The notes under the pieces are model-generated. The model ran no database searches and was not told the DNA's origin. It saw only the letters and a program-made list of their open reading frames with translations. The position numbers and the translations under genes are program-made. Positions 30,726-40,887 of a stretch of DNA of 55,905 nucleotides are shown piece by piece. How positions within the stretch are numbered: the stretch's first letter is position 1; the number at the start of each line of letters is the position of its first letter. Source of the DNA: Candidatus Krumholzibacteriia bacterium (GTDB lineage Bacteria; Krumholzibacteriota; Krumholzibacteriia; LZORAL124-64-63); contig JAWOID010000046.1 of NCBI GenBank assembly GCA_046484865.1, positions 1-55,905 of the forward strand, written 5' to 3'.

Positions 30726-33700
30726 TCACTTCACCAGGGTCATCTTGTGCACCACCGCCCGCTCGCCAGTCTGGGCGCGCAGGAAGTAGAGACCGCTGGA
30801 GAGGTCGCGCCCGCCATCGTCGCGGCCGTCCCACGTCCAGGTGTGCCAGCCCTCCGCGATCCCTCCCCGGTGCAGCGTGCGGATGCGGCGTCCCTTCAGG
30901 TCGTAGACGGCCAGATCGAGCCGGCCGTCGTCGCTGCCCCGCCCCGGCACGAACAGGCGCACCGTCGTCGAGGGATTGAAGGGATTCGGATAGGGTCTCG
31001 GTACCGTGAGGCTGCGCGGCACGTCGTCCCGGTCCGCCGCCACCAGGCCGGTCGCGTCGAAGACCCCGTCGCGCTGCCGGTTGCCGCCGAAGGTCGGCCA
31101 GGGCATGTTCGCGCTGACGTACGGATAGGGCATGTCCCAGACATGCAGCAGGCGGTCCCAGGCCTGCAGCACCAGGTCGACGTCGCCGTCGAAGTCGAGG
31201 TCGCAGATCACCGCCGACGAACGCGCCGGTCCGCCGAGCGAGATGGGAAAGCCGTCCACCGTGCTGCCGTCGTGATGGTAGGCGTGCAGCGCGTCAGGGG
31301 TCTCCTCGGACTGCCCGCCGACGCCGTGCACGATCTCCAGCAAGCCATCGCCGGTGATGTCGCCCACCACCGGGCTGCCCTCCGACCCGCCCGGCAGGAT
31401 CACCGGCCAGCCGGGCAGCAACTGCCCCGACGTCCCCCCCACGTGGTCGGTGTCGACCACCATGAGGTCTGCGCGGTTGACACCGAGCGAACCGCCGTTC
31501 TGCTGGGTGATCCAGACGATCTCCAGCTGTCCGTCGCCGTCGAAATCGCCCACCGCCGGGCTGGGTGCCGGATCGAGACTGTACCCCAGGGGCATGCCGT
31601 GGGTGATCGGGAAGCCCGGGTAGTCGGTGCCGTCCTGCCGCACGACGAAGAGTCTGCGCTCGATCGAACAGATCACGATCTCATGGACGCCGTCGCCATC
31701 CAGGTCCGCCACTGCCGGACTGAACTGGAGATTGAAACCGGCATTGGTCTGATAGGGAAACCCCGGCGCCTGGGTGCCGTCGTACCGGTAGGCGACGATC
31801 TCCTCGTTCTCCGAGTAGTAAGTGGTGCCGAGGATGATCTCCTTGGCGCCGTCCCCGTCGAGATCGAAGAGCGCCGGCGACGAGAAGTTCCAGCCCTCCG
31901 CCCGCTGGATGAAGACGCCGTCCGTGCTCGGGTCGTTGTCCCCGTCACGAACCTCCGTGCCGTCGCGGTGCCAGGCCCAGGTGCGGCCGTCGCAGGTGTT
32001 GACGACCACGTTGGGATAGCCGTCGCCGGTGATGTCGCCCACCGCCGGCGTCGACCAGTTCCAGCCGGAACTCACCGGCCGCAGCGACTTCGGCCACCCC
32101 GGCACCTGGGTGCCGTCCTCGGCGTTGTAGACGTGGATCTCGTTCACGTACGTGCTGCCGCGGTGATTGTTGAGGCTGGCGACGATCTCCAGCTGGGGAT
32201 CATCATCCAGGTTGGCCAGCGTGATGCCGGCGGGCTCGAAGATGTAGGGGCTGTCCGTGATCGGGCCGAGGGTCTGGGAATCGAAGTCGCCGTTCCACAG
32301 TTCGGTACCGTCATCCCTGATGACATAGACCTGATCCGCTCCCCAGACGATCTCCAGCCGGCCGTCGCCCGTCACGTCGCCGACCGCAGGATGACTGCTG
32401 CTCTCGGTGGCGAACGCTGCCGGGAAGTTGGCCAGTTCCGCCGGCGCCGTCGATTGGGTGATGGTGTTCGACGACGAACTCTCCACCATCGTCCCGTCGA
32501 CGCTGGTGATGCGGTAATAATAGCGGGTCAGCTGGTTCAGACCGCTGTCGCGGAAGTAGGCGATGCCGTCGAGCAGGTCTCGGTTCACTCTCGCGTAGGG
32601 TCCGCTTTCCTGTTCGGCGCGGTATACGTGATATCCGCGCACGGCAACCGCCGGGGGAACCCAGCGCAACACGATGACGCCGGGGCCGTGGCTCGTGTCG
32701 GTCGCGACGTCGGTCGGCGGCGTGGGTCGCTGCAGGTGGAAGTCATGCACGAAGCGGCGGCCCCTCGTGTCGGTGAAGACCACGCGGCTGACCGCCTGTG
32801 CGCCCGGGTCCGACTGCGACAGCGAGAACACGCCGCTGCCCGGGGAACTCTGCATGAGTTCGAGGCCGGTGTACGTGACCACCGAATCGTGGAGCGTCAC
32901 GCCCAGGTCGTCGCTGCGCAGCACCCCGGTCACGAGGTCGGCCCGGCCGGCGCCGAAGTTCTTGAGATCCACGCGGACAGTCAGCCGCTCGCCGGCGTCG
33001 ATGATGCCGTCGCCGTCGCCATGGAGGACGTCGGACCACTCCAGCCCCACGACCTCCACCTCGGGTGCGGTAATCGCGGGCGACCACTTCGACTCGTAGT
33101 TGCCGGCGCTCGCGTCGGTCACGACCAGCTGGCAGAGCGCCTCGGTCCCGTCGGGGATATCCGCCGCCAGCTGGAGCTTGAAGGCCGCCGACACGCTGCT
33201 CGTACCGCCGGCGGGCACCGTCCCGATGCTGGCCGTGCCGTCGACCACAGTCACGCCCGCGGTGGCGCAGGTGAGATACCCGTTGCATCCGGACGCCCCG
33301 CCCCCGCCCGTGTCGCGCACGACCAGGTTCAGGACCACGGTCTCGCCCGCCTCGGGCACGCCGTTGCCGTTTCCCGATGATCCGGACGTCCCGTCGTCCA
33401 CCACCGTCATCTCCTCGAGCGCCACGTAACGCGCGCCAGGGTTCACGGTGATCGCCCGCGTGACCCGCTGCAACCCCTTGCCGCTGACCGTCACTGTGAT
33501 CGTGCCACCGCTCACCGGTGTGTAGTCGATCGTCGCCACGCCCGCCGCGTCCGTCAGCGCGTAGCCGTAATCGTCGCCGGCCTTCTGCAGGCAGACGCGC
33601 GCACCGGCGACCGGACTCCCGCCCGCCTGCACCGTCACCGCCACCGCCTGCTGTCCCGCCGGCACGGACGACGGCGCGGTGACCACCGTCGCGCGCGGTG

Positions 33701-35603
33701 CGGCGCGCCAGAGCTGCAGGGCCGGATCGCCAAGCAAGGTGTAGTTGAGGAAGGTCCAGCGATTGGTTCGTTCGTACGCGGTGTCGCCGATGAACGGCAG
33801 CCGGCTGAGCGCCAGCAGTCGCCCCGCCTCGTTCGGCTCGTCGCAGAACAGCAGGCGCCAGTATTCCTGCTGATAGCCGTTCGAGTTGTCCGGGAATGCC
33901 GCCCGTGCCGAGCCGATGGAGACCACCGATCCGCCGTTCGGATTCTGGATGAACCGCTCCAGCAGGCAGGAGTAGTCGAAGGCGCCCGACGCGCAGTTCA
34001 GCGCGTAGACGAGGAAAGGATTCTCGTTGACCAGGGCATCCGCGTCCGTGGTCAGGAAGTTGGCGTTCCCCACCGACATGTTGAAGAAGTAGCCGTGCCC
34101 GATCTGGTTGAAGAGGCTGTAATGCCCGGTGTTCAGGCTGTCGATCACCGCTGCGAGGGTGAGCGGGACCGATCCGGGATACACGGTGTTGTTCTGGTAC
34201 ATGCGGCTGTACTCGGCCACGCTGCACGGCTGGAGGGTCTCGGTGACCGTCTGCTCGGAGAACTCGGCGCCGTCGCGGGCCCACCAGGTGGGGTCGTTCT
34301 CGAAGTCGTCGGGGAAGAGCACTTCCGCCGCGAACAGCATGCGGTTGGTCCACGCGTCCGTCGGACCCGCCAGCTCCCAGTGGATGACCTTGTCGACGAA
34401 GACGGCCGCCTGGGCGACATTGATCACCGGCGCTCGACCGAGGTAGACCTCGTCGGCGAAGTCGGCGTAGTCGCCTCTGTCCGTCGAACTCACGTACGGC
34501 TCGCCGAAGTAGGCATCCCCGTCGGCATTCCAGTTGCCGTCCAGGCACTGGAAGTAGAGTTCGGCCGGGATGTCCGTGTGGCCGTTCACCGGATAGAAGA
34601 AGCTGCGCACGTAGCGCGGCGGCAGCACCTCGGTATCACCCGCCAGCAGGACGTACTCCGTGCCCCAGTTCTCGTACGCGTCGCGGATGAACATCCGCAC
34701 CGTCTCCTGGACGTCGACGCCGTTGCGGTAGTTGTCCTGGATGGTCTCGATGGTCGCCACCACCGCCGGCCGCCCCTGGGCGGTCCGGTGGTCGGCCAGA
34801 CGCTGGAACTCGCCGGCCAGTGCAGCGCTGGTGATGATGAGATAGTTCACGGCGCTGCCGCCGAGGCTCGGCACCGCGGTGGGTGCGAAGCCCACCGGTT
34901 CCGCGACGGCGATGCCGTCCTCGCGCGCGTATCCCGAGAGCGCTCCCGGATTGGCCACGACCCGGCGCAGCTTCGCCTCGCACAGCTCTCGCTCGCCCGG
35001 GACCAGCCGGCGCCGCTGCGCGATGTCCGGCAGGGGCGCCGATCCCGATACCAGTCGCACGCGATAGCGCTCGAGGACCTCGGCCTCGGTGAAGGCGCCC
35101 GCGCCGTCCCGCACCAGCCGGATCGGATGCACCCGCACGGCGGCCAGTCGGTAGCCGCGCCAGGTGTGCTGCCCGCGGAACTCGCCCCAGACGGCCGGGA
35201 ACTCGTGACCGTCGGCGGGCAACAGGTCGATGCTCACAGCGTCACCGCTGTCGGTGGTCACCGGGCCGGCCGCTGCGATGGGACCCGGCAGCTGAATGCG
35301 TCGAACGCTGACCGCCTCCACCTCGAGGCGCGCCCCGCTCTCGGCGAGGGGGATCAGGAACGTCAGGTCGCGAGCCGGCAGATCCGGGTCGCCGGTCTCG
35401 AGCAACCGCGCGGCCGCACCGGGCGCGTGCGGAACCCGCGAGCCGTCGGCGAGCGTCTCCCAGCGAAGATCGTCCGCGGCGAACCCGTCCTCGAGCAGGA
35501 TGCGTCCTCCGTCGGCCGCCGCCGCACTGCCGGCAGCGAACAGGAGGAGCATGGCTGCGGGAGCGAATCCAGCCAAAATGTACCAGCGCCTCGACATCAT
35601 CAT
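30726..35603 (-). CDS. Secreted gingipain-like C25 cysteine peptidase with FN3, FG-GAP/VCBS repeats and C-terminal FlgD-Ig sorting domain
   Basis: Signal peptide; YLIIT, YVLLAGD, YLGRAP, IGHG (His) and ALNCASG (Cys), YTLLGDP; SPAVGDxxGDG repeats; PNPFNP...WDGRDDGG...SGLYF...MTLVK. Confidence 0.9.
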   Translation of the reverse strand: MMMSRRWYILAGFAPAAMLLLFAAGSAAAADGGRILLEDGFAADDLRWETLADGSRVPHAPGAAARLLETGDPDLPARDLTFLIPLAESGARLEVEAVSVRRIQLPGPIAAAGPVTTDSGDAVSIDLLPADGHEFPAVWGEFRGQHTWRGYRLAAVRVHPIRLVRDGAGAFTEAEVLERYRVRLVSGSAPLPDIAQRRRLVPGERELCEAKLRRVVANPGALSGYAREDGIAVAEPVGFAPTAVPSLGGSAVNYLIITSAALAGEFQRLADHRTAQGRPAVVATIETIQDNYRNGVDVQETVRMFIRDAYENWGTEYVLLAGDTEVLPPRYVRSFFYPVNGHTDIPAELYFQCLDGNWNADGDAYFGEPYVSSTDRGDYADFADEVYLGRAPVINVAQAAVFVDKVIHWELAGPTDAWTNRMLFAAEVLFPDDFENDPTWWARDGAEFSEQTVTETLQPCSVAEYSRMYQNNTVYPGSVPLTLAAVIDSLNTGHYSLFNQIGHGYFFNMSVGNANFLTTDADALVNENPFLVYALNCASGAFDYSCLLERFIQNPNGGSVVSIGSARAAFPDNSNGYQQEYWRLLFCDEPNEAGRLLALSRLPFIGDTAYERTNRWTFLNYTLLGDPALQLWRAAPRATVVTAPSSVPAGQQAVAVTVQAGGSPVAGARVCLQKAGDDYGYALTDAAGVATIDYTPVSGGTITVTVSGKGLQRVTRAITVNPGARYVALEEMTVVDDGTSGSSGNGNGVPEAGETVVLNLVVRDTGGGGASGCNGYLTCATAGVTVVDGTASIGTVPAGGTSSVSAAFKLQLAADIPDGTEALCQLVVTDASAGNYESKWSPAITAPEVEVVGLEWSDVLHGDGDGIIDAGERLTVRVDLKNFGAGRADLVTGVLRSDDLGVTLHDSVVTYTGLELMQSSPGSGVFSLSQSDPGAQAVSRVVFTDTRGRRFVHDFHLQRPTPPTDVATDTSHGPGVIVLRWVPPAVAVRGYHVYRAEQESGPYARVNRDLLDGIAYFRDSGLNQLTRYYYRITSVDGTMVESSSSNTITQSTAPAELANFPAAFATESSSHPAVGDVTGDGRLEIVWGADQVYVIRDDGTELWNGDFDSQTLGPITDSPYIFEPAGITLANLDDDPQLEIVASLNNHRGSTYVNEIHVYNAEDGTQVPGWPKSLRPVSSGWNWSTPAVGDITGDGYPNVVVNTCDGRTWAWHRDGTEVRDGDNDPSTDGVFIQRAEGWNFSSPALFDLDGDGAKEIILGTTYYSENEEIVAYRYDGTQAPGFPYQTNAGFNLQFSPAVADLDGDGVHEIVICSIERRLFVVRQDGTDYPGFPITHGMPLGYSLDPAPSPAVGDFDGDGQLEIVWITQQNGGSLGVNRADLMVVDTDHVGGTSGQLLPGWPVILPGGSEGSPVVGDITGDGLLEIVHGVGGQSEETPDALHAYHHDGSTVDGFPISLGGPARSSAVICDLDFDGDVDLVLQAWDRLLHVWDMPYPYVSANMPWPTFGGNRQRDGVFDATGLVAADRDDVPRSLTVPRPYPNPFNPSTTVRLFVPGRGSDDGRLDLAVYDLKGRRIRTLHRGGIAEGWHTWTWDGRDDGGRDLSSGLYFLRAQTGERAVVHKMTLVK

Positions 35604-35855
35604 GCCGTGCCTCCGGGTGATACGCCAGCGCCCCGGAAGGCGGCGCGGGCGGGCGATGTCCATCGGATTACGAGGGGTCGTCCCGGGGCTTCGCGCCCCC
35701 GGCGAGCCGTCACGTGTCGCACCTCTTCAGGACCGCATTCGCGATCTCCGCTGCATTCAACGAGTTGCCTTACCAACGGCTCTTCCAGGACCTCCCGGCG
35801 GGTCGGAGACCGGCGTGACCCCGGGGGCGGCGCGGATCACGGGTGAGAGATGGAG

Positions 35856-35885
35856 ATTATATCACTCATCGATGGTGGCGGTCAA
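35856..35885 (-). promoter_or_regulatory. Strong sigma70 promoter of the C25 gene
   Basis: TTGACC-N18-TATAAT with extended TG; implies a leader of about 245 nt. Confidence 0.65.
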
Positions 35886-37277
35886 TGGGGTCTCGGCGCT
35901 GACGGGCCCGCGGAGGACACGGCCTCCTGCACAGACGAGTCGCGTCCGGTCCTGCCGTCCGCCGTCGTCGAGGACGCGCACCTCTCCCGCCGCCAGCAGG
36001 ATCAGCCTGCCAGGGGAGCTGGCCGGCGCCCCGGGCGGTGGCGGCACCCACACCGGCTTGCGGCCGTGGCTAAGGTTGCGCACGACGGTCCGGTCGCCGC
36101 GGCGGCTCCACGACGTGCCCCGGCGGCCGGCCTGCGCCACCTCGACGCTCGTCAGGAAGAGCGGGCCGGGCTCCGCCCCGGCCAGCCGGGTGAGGACCTG
36201 CTCCAGACTCTCTCGGCCCTGGCGCGCCACCCCGGGGTCCACGTGCGCGAAATTGACCCGATGCGTCTCGATGATCGCCGGTTCGCCCCGGCGCCAGGCG
36301 CGCTGGACCTCGGCGATGCAGCGGCGCCCGGCTGCGGCCGGGTCCTCGTGCTGGGCCGTCTCGAGCCGGCAGTTGCGTTCCAGGTAACTCATTTGCTGAC
36401 GGCGGACGCGATCCAGCGCCCGCCCGGCCACCTTCAGGGCTCGGTCGCCCAGCCCCCCATGCCGCTCGGGATGCCGCTGCTCCCGCTTCGCCTGCACCAC
36501 CCGCAACCCGCGGTCGGACCACAGATCCTCGCAGCGACCGCTCCAGACGTAGTCGGGAGCGATGACCGCGCCGGGAGCCCTGCCGAACAGGCGGGTGAAC
36601 ACGGCCATGGCGCTGTCGAGGTCGGCCGCGATCTGCTCGCGCGGTCGCCACGGCCCCAGTTCCCAGGCCCTCTCGCTACCGGGAAAGAGCAGGATGCCCC
36701 GGGCAGCCGCGTCGCGCACGACCTCGCTCCCGCCGACCGCCTCGCGCCTGCGCTCGGGGTCGTAGTGGAAACGCCCGTGCAGTTCCGGATACCAGACGCC
36801 GGCGGCGATGCCCCGTCCCACAGCCGCGAAGAGGCCGGGCCGTTCGTAGACGGCAGGAAGTTCAGGCAGGTCCCGGAGCACCCAGGGATCGCCCTCCCTG
36901 GACGGCGGCTCGTAAGACAGTGAGGATACGATGTAGTTGGGCTGGAACACGGCGGGCAAGCCATCGCGGCCACGGCAACCCGACAGCACGGTACAGAGGT
37001 CCGCGACCGCGGCGCTGTCCTCGAGCGTGGAGCCCCAGTAGACGGGCGGGAATCCGCTCCGCGCCAGATCCTCCCGTCGCAGCCCGTCGAGGGAATCGGC
37101 ATGAGGCACGAAGCCGCACAGACCCCAGTCGTCGCTCTCGAGCACCACCGCCCGCGCGGCGGACCAGTCCACCGCCGACCGGGCACCGCTCAGCAACCAG
37201 CCGCCCCCCAGCAGCGTCACGATCGCCGTCGTGGCCAGGAGCCAGCCCCGGCGCGCAAGCCCACCTGCGCCGTTCAT
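35862..37277 (-). CDS. Exported polysaccharide-deacetylase-like protein
   Basis: N-terminal hydrophobic segment; LESDDWG, PELHGRFH, IAPDYVW, ETHRVNF (NodB/GH57-like metal motifs). Confidence 0.65.
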   Translation of the reverse strand: MNGAGGLARRGWLLATTAIVTLLGGGWLLSGARSAVDWSAARAVVLESDDWGLCGFVPHADSLDGLRREDLARSGFPPVYWGSTLEDSAAVADLCTVLSGCRGRDGLPAVFQPNYIVSSLSYEPPSREGDPWVLRDLPELPAVYERPGLFAAVGRGIAAGVWYPELHGRFHYDPERRREAVGGSEVVRDAAARGILLFPGSERAWELGPWRPREQIAADLDSAMAVFTRLFGRAPGAVIAPDYVWSGRCEDLWSDRGLRVVQAKREQRHPERHGGLGDRALKVAGRALDRVRRQQMSYLERNCRLETAQHEDPAAAGRRCIAEVQRAWRRGEPAIIETHRVNFAHVDPGVARQGRESLEQVLTRLAGAEPGPLFLTSVEVAQAGRRGTSWSRRGDRTVVRNLSHGRKPVWVPPPPGAPASSPGRLILLAAGEVRVLDDGGRQDRTRLVCAGGRVLRGPVSAETPLTATIDE

Positions 37278-37903
37278 CGAACCTCCGGACTCCAGCGGGC
37301 CCACCAGAAGCGCCCGTAGCTCAGACCATGACTGGCGATGGCGGTGCACAGACGCTCCGCCTCGCCCGCGGACACCGGCCCCGTCCCGCGCAACAACTGC
37401 AGCACTGCGGCAGTATCCACGGGCCAGCGATTCTCCTGGGACCCCAGCCGCCAGGTCCCCCGCCCGTCGCGGCAGGCGGCGGCGAACTCCCGCCGCGAGA
37501 GCAGCGGCCGGCGACCCGCGACCACCCGGGACAGGAAACCCTGCAAGTCGCGGTAGTTCCGGGCCGGACGGGGCCGGCTCAGCGGCTCGTCCTCGAAGAC
37601 CCAGAGGCTGCCGCCCGGTGCCACGAGGTCGGCCCACGGCCGCGGCACCGGTTCGCCGGGGCGCGGGCGGTGCACGTGACGCAACAGGCTCGCTGCCAGC
37701 ACCAGGTTCCAGCCGCCGGCGCGCAGCGGCGGCCGGCACGCATCGGCCACGACCTCGGCCGATGTCCCCTGCCACGGGCGGCGCCGGTCCAGCAGCAACG
37801 GCCGGACGCCTCGTTCACGCAGCAACGCCGCGAGGCGACCGTCACCACAGCCGAGTTCCGTCACGCGTCCGTGGCGGACCGCATGCAGGTCGTCAAGAAA
37901 CAT
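37274..37903 (-). CDS. Class I SAM-dependent methyltransferase-like protein
   Basis: ELGCGDG motif I, VADA, LLRHV, VAPGGSL; start uncertain (37903 or 37927). Confidence 0.7.
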   Translation of the reverse strand: MFLDDLHAVRHGRVTELGCGDGRLAALLRERGVRPLLLDRRRPWQGTSAEVVADACRPPLRAGGWNLVLAASLLRHVHRPRPGEPVPRPWADLVAPGGSLWVFEDEPLSRPRPARNYRDLQGFLSRVVAGRRPLLSRREFAAACRDGRGTWRLGSQENRWPVDTAAVLQLLRGTGPVSAGEAERLCTAIASHGLSYGRFWWARWSPEVR

Positions 37904-39221
37904 CCTCGGAAGAGGTGTAAACGGCATCTTCGGGGCGGCGCGAGAAGGGGGCGGCGCCGGCGCTCGATGCGGGGTGTTCCAGGACGCGCCCCGGTCCCTG
38001 GGCGACTCTTCCCTGGGCGGCGCGCCCGGGGCCCTGGACGGCCACCCGGCCGGGCACTGCCTTCCGGGGCCGCTTGGCCTGCAGGTCGATGATCTCGGCG
38101 ACGTGACGATCGCTCAGGCCGGCCGTCTCCTCGAACCGGGAGTCGAATCCCAGCGCATAGCCGACCTCGGTGAACAGATCCATGCCGCGTCGCCGGTTGT
38201 TCAGGTGTCGGAGCGCACCCAGCTGGCTGGCCCACATCCAGGCGCCGAGCGCCGGCAGACCGAGCCAGGCCGCTTCCAGTACGTGACTGAGCGCGAACAG
38301 GGTGGTGCCCGCGGTGATCAGCAGCAGGCAGAGCACCGCGGCTCCGGGCGAGAAGCCCAGCCGCACCAGGCGATGGTGCAGATGGTAGTCGTCCGCCTGG
38401 AAGATCGAGGTCCGTTTCCGATAGCGCCGCACGATGGTCGTGAGCGTATCCCAGATGGGCACGATCATCGGCGCGAGCAGGACCGGCAACGGCACGTCGG
38501 TCCGCTGGCTGAAGTTCAGCGTCAGACTTCCCACCGCCAGCCCCATCCACATGCTGCCGCTATCGCCCAGGAAGATCTTGCGATCGCTGATGTTCCAGTA
38601 GAAGAAGGCGACCGTCGCGCCGCAGAGAGCGGCGGCGAAGAGGAGCGACACGGCATCCGCGACCACCATGGCGATCACCACGAGCGCCAGGGTGGCGACG
38701 GCGCTGATCCCGCTCGCCAGACCGTCCAGCCCGTCGATCAGGTTCATGGAGTTGATGAACCCGAGGTACCAGAATAGCGTCAGGGGCCAGGCCCAGGCGC
38801 CCAGATCCACGCGCCCGACCGCCGGCAGCACCACCGTATCCAGGCGGTGTCCCAGGAGCATGAGCCCCATCACGACGACCAGCTGTCCGTACAGCTTCTT
38901 CTCGGCATGGATGCCGAACCGGTCGTCCCCCACGCCCAGCGCGAGGATCGCCAGTCCGGCGCCGATCAGGACGCTGAGCCATGACCAGGGCAGCGGGGTT
39001 CCGAAGATCACGCGCTCCAGGAAGAAGAGAGCGCAGAAGAAGCTGATGAAGATGGCCATGCCGCCGGTGCGCGGCACCGGTTCGCGATGCGGTCGGCGGT
39101 GGCCGGGGTGGTCGACGATATCCGTGAGGAAACCGAGGTTCCGGAAGTGGGGCTGCACCAGCCACGACATGGCGAACGCCACCCCGAAGCTCGTGAGAGC
39201 CACCACCGCGCTGTCAGTCAT
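37893..39221 (-). CDS. wecA: WecA/MraY-family undecaprenyl-phosphate GlcNAc-1-phosphate transferase
   Basis: PRTGG, GVGDD, NSMNLIDGLDGL, IFLGDSGS, HLHHRL. Confidence 0.88.
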   Translation of the reverse strand: MTDSAVVALTSFGVAFAMSWLVQPHFRNLGFLTDIVDHPGHRRPHREPVPRTGGMAIFISFFCALFFLERVIFGTPLPWSWLSVLIGAGLAILALGVGDDRFGIHAEKKLYGQLVVVMGLMLLGHRLDTVVLPAVGRVDLGAWAWPLTLFWYLGFINSMNLIDGLDGLASGISAVATLALVVIAMVVADAVSLLFAAALCGATVAFFYWNISDRKIFLGDSGSMWMGLAVGSLTLNFSQRTDVPLPVLLAPMIVPIWDTLTTIVRRYRKRTSIFQADDYHLHHRLVRLGFSPGAAVLCLLLITAGTTLFALSHVLEAAWLGLPALGAWMWASQLGALRHLNNRRRGMDLFTEVGYALGFDSRFEETAGLSDRHVAEIIDLQAKRPRKAVPGRVAVQGPGRAAQGRVAQGPGRVLEHPASSAGAAPFSRRPEDAVYTSSEDVS

Positions 39222-39356
39222 GCCGTCCAAGCTCGTCTTCGCTCCCTCGAAGCCGGGCCGTCCCGCCCGCGACAGGTGTGCTGGACTCGATCCGGTGCGA
39301 CCTCGTCTTTCCGCGACGCCGGCGAGGCGCGCTGCCAGGGGGTTCAACCCGCAGGC

Positions 39357-39385
39357 AAGGTATCCCAAGCCCGGAGACTGGGCAA
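39357..39385 (-). promoter_or_regulatory. Sigma70 promoter of the wecA-like gene
   Basis: TTGCCC-N17-TACCTT. Confidence 0.5.
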
Positions 39386-39467
39386 TGCCTAAAATTGGAG
39401 TCAGACGGTGCACATCGTCCGGCGGCGGCCGGTTCCCGATGCATCCAGCAATGCGCGTGCCCATCCG

Positions 39468-40883
39468 TCACGCGGCAACCTCCGGCGCAATCTCCTCGCG
39501 CAGAGCCGCCGCGAGGAGCCCCCAGGCGACCCAGACGTGCGGCAGGTTGTACTGGGAAAAGGTCAGCAGCTGGAAGGAACAGCCCGCCGCCGCCGCCGCC
39601 GCCGCCACCAGCCAGACCGCTCCCGCTCGCGGACGCGCGCGGCGGAGCAGCGTCCGCAGCGTCTGCACCGCCACGACGACCACGGCGCCCAGCCCCGCCA
39701 GACCGGTCTCGCAGAGGACCAGCAGCGGAATGCTGCCGGCGACCGGCCAGGTGAACTGGCTCTGCAATCCGAGCGGATCGACCAGCAGCGCGAAGTGGTA
39801 CCCGTACTGGCCCCACCCCACCCCCACGAGGGGGCTCAGCAGGAACCCCCGCCAGGCCGCCTGCATGCTGAAGTAGCGGGTGAGATTCGACCAGTCGCGG
39901 GGGCTGAAGGTCTGCTGCAGGCGCGCCCACGGCCAAGAAAGCGCCTCCGGCCCCGCGACGACGACCACCATCGCCACGGCGACCACCACCAGGCCCAGCC
40001 CGACCCCGAACCAGCGGACCGCAGCCGAGGAACGCCGCGCGCGACCGGCGCCGACGCCGGCGCCGCCGCCCCGTGGGCGAACGCGCAGCCACAGCACGGC
40101 GCCCGTCACCACCGCCGCCCCCAGTCCGAGGTAGGCCCCCCGGGACCAGGTCGCCGCCAGCAGCAGCAGGCCCGATACGGCCAGTGCCGCCCGGTCGCGG
40201 CCCCGGAGGCCGACCAGCGCCACCGGCAGCGCCACCAGGAGATAGTTGCCCAGGTACAGCGGCTCCGCGGCCATGCCGCGCAGGCGAGGTAGACCGACCA
40301 TCCGGTCGCCGAGGTGCAATTCGGTGGAGCCGGCCAGGATCGCGGGATTGGAGGTGACCGCCCGCTCGGCGATCCGGAACAGCTCGTGGGGATGATGGAA
40401 GGACCATGCCTGCCACGCTCCGTAGGCGACCTGCAGAGCGATCCCGGCGGCCAGCCAGCGAGCGGTGGACCGCCATCTCTGCTCGCCCCGGGTCCAGGCG
40501 GCGATCTCGAGGAAGAACGCGAGCATCACGGCGAGCTGGACGGTCTGCTTGGCATAGCGCCACCAGGCCTGGCCCGGCGTCGCCAGAAGCGACCGTTCCA
40601 GAGCCACGCCGAACGCCGACAGCAGCACCGCCGCCATCAGCAGCCCCGCCGCGGCCACCGCCCCGCGGGGGGGGCGCAACGCCCCGGCCGCCCGCCCGCG
40701 GCGCCACTGCGCGGCTGCACGCAATGCCAGCCCGACGCCCAGGAGCACGTAGGCGGGCTGCACGCCGGCCCCGATGTCCACCCCGAGCAGGAGGTGCACC
40801 GTCCCCACCCCGATCCACGGCAGCGACAGCAGCATCGCCCGGTGCAGGGCGTCCGCCAGGCGATCGAGGGAGGCGGCAGTCAC
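39468..40883 (-). CDS. O-antigen ligase/polymerase family membrane protein
   Basis: Many TM helices; RLRGMAAEP, TWSRGA, SNLTR...PLVGVGWGQY, LCETGLAG. Confidence 0.85.
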   Translation of the reverse strand: MTAASLDRLADALHRAMLLSLPWIGVGTVHLLLGVDIGAGVQPAYVLLGVGLALRAAAQWRRGRAAGALRPPRGAVAAAGLLMAAVLLSAFGVALERSLLATPGQAWWRYAKQTVQLAVMLAFFLEIAAWTRGEQRWRSTARWLAAGIALQVAYGAWQAWSFHHPHELFRIAERAVTSNPAILAGSTELHLGDRMVGLPRLRGMAAEPLYLGNYLLVALPVALVGLRGRDRAALAVSGLLLLAATWSRGAYLGLGAAVVTGAVLWLRVRPRGGGAGVGAGRARRSSAAVRWFGVGLGLVVVAVAMVVVVAGPEALSWPWARLQQTFSPRDWSNLTRYFSMQAAWRGFLLSPLVGVGWGQYGYHFALLVDPLGLQSQFTWPVAGSIPLLVLCETGLAGLGAVVVVAVQTLRTLLRRARPRAGAVWLVAAAAAAAGCSFQLLTFSQYNLPHVWVAWGLLAAALREEIAPEVAA

Positions 40884-40887
40884 CGGA

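Noticed and set aside
35670..35780. c-di-GMP-I riboswitch
   Set aside because: Only a partial GGGGCGCGAAGCC resemblance; the GGCAAA and GNRA-tetraloop elements are missing
39586..39606. (GCC)n run encoding poly-Ala
   Set aside because: Triplet repeat inside a TM helix; expected at this GC content
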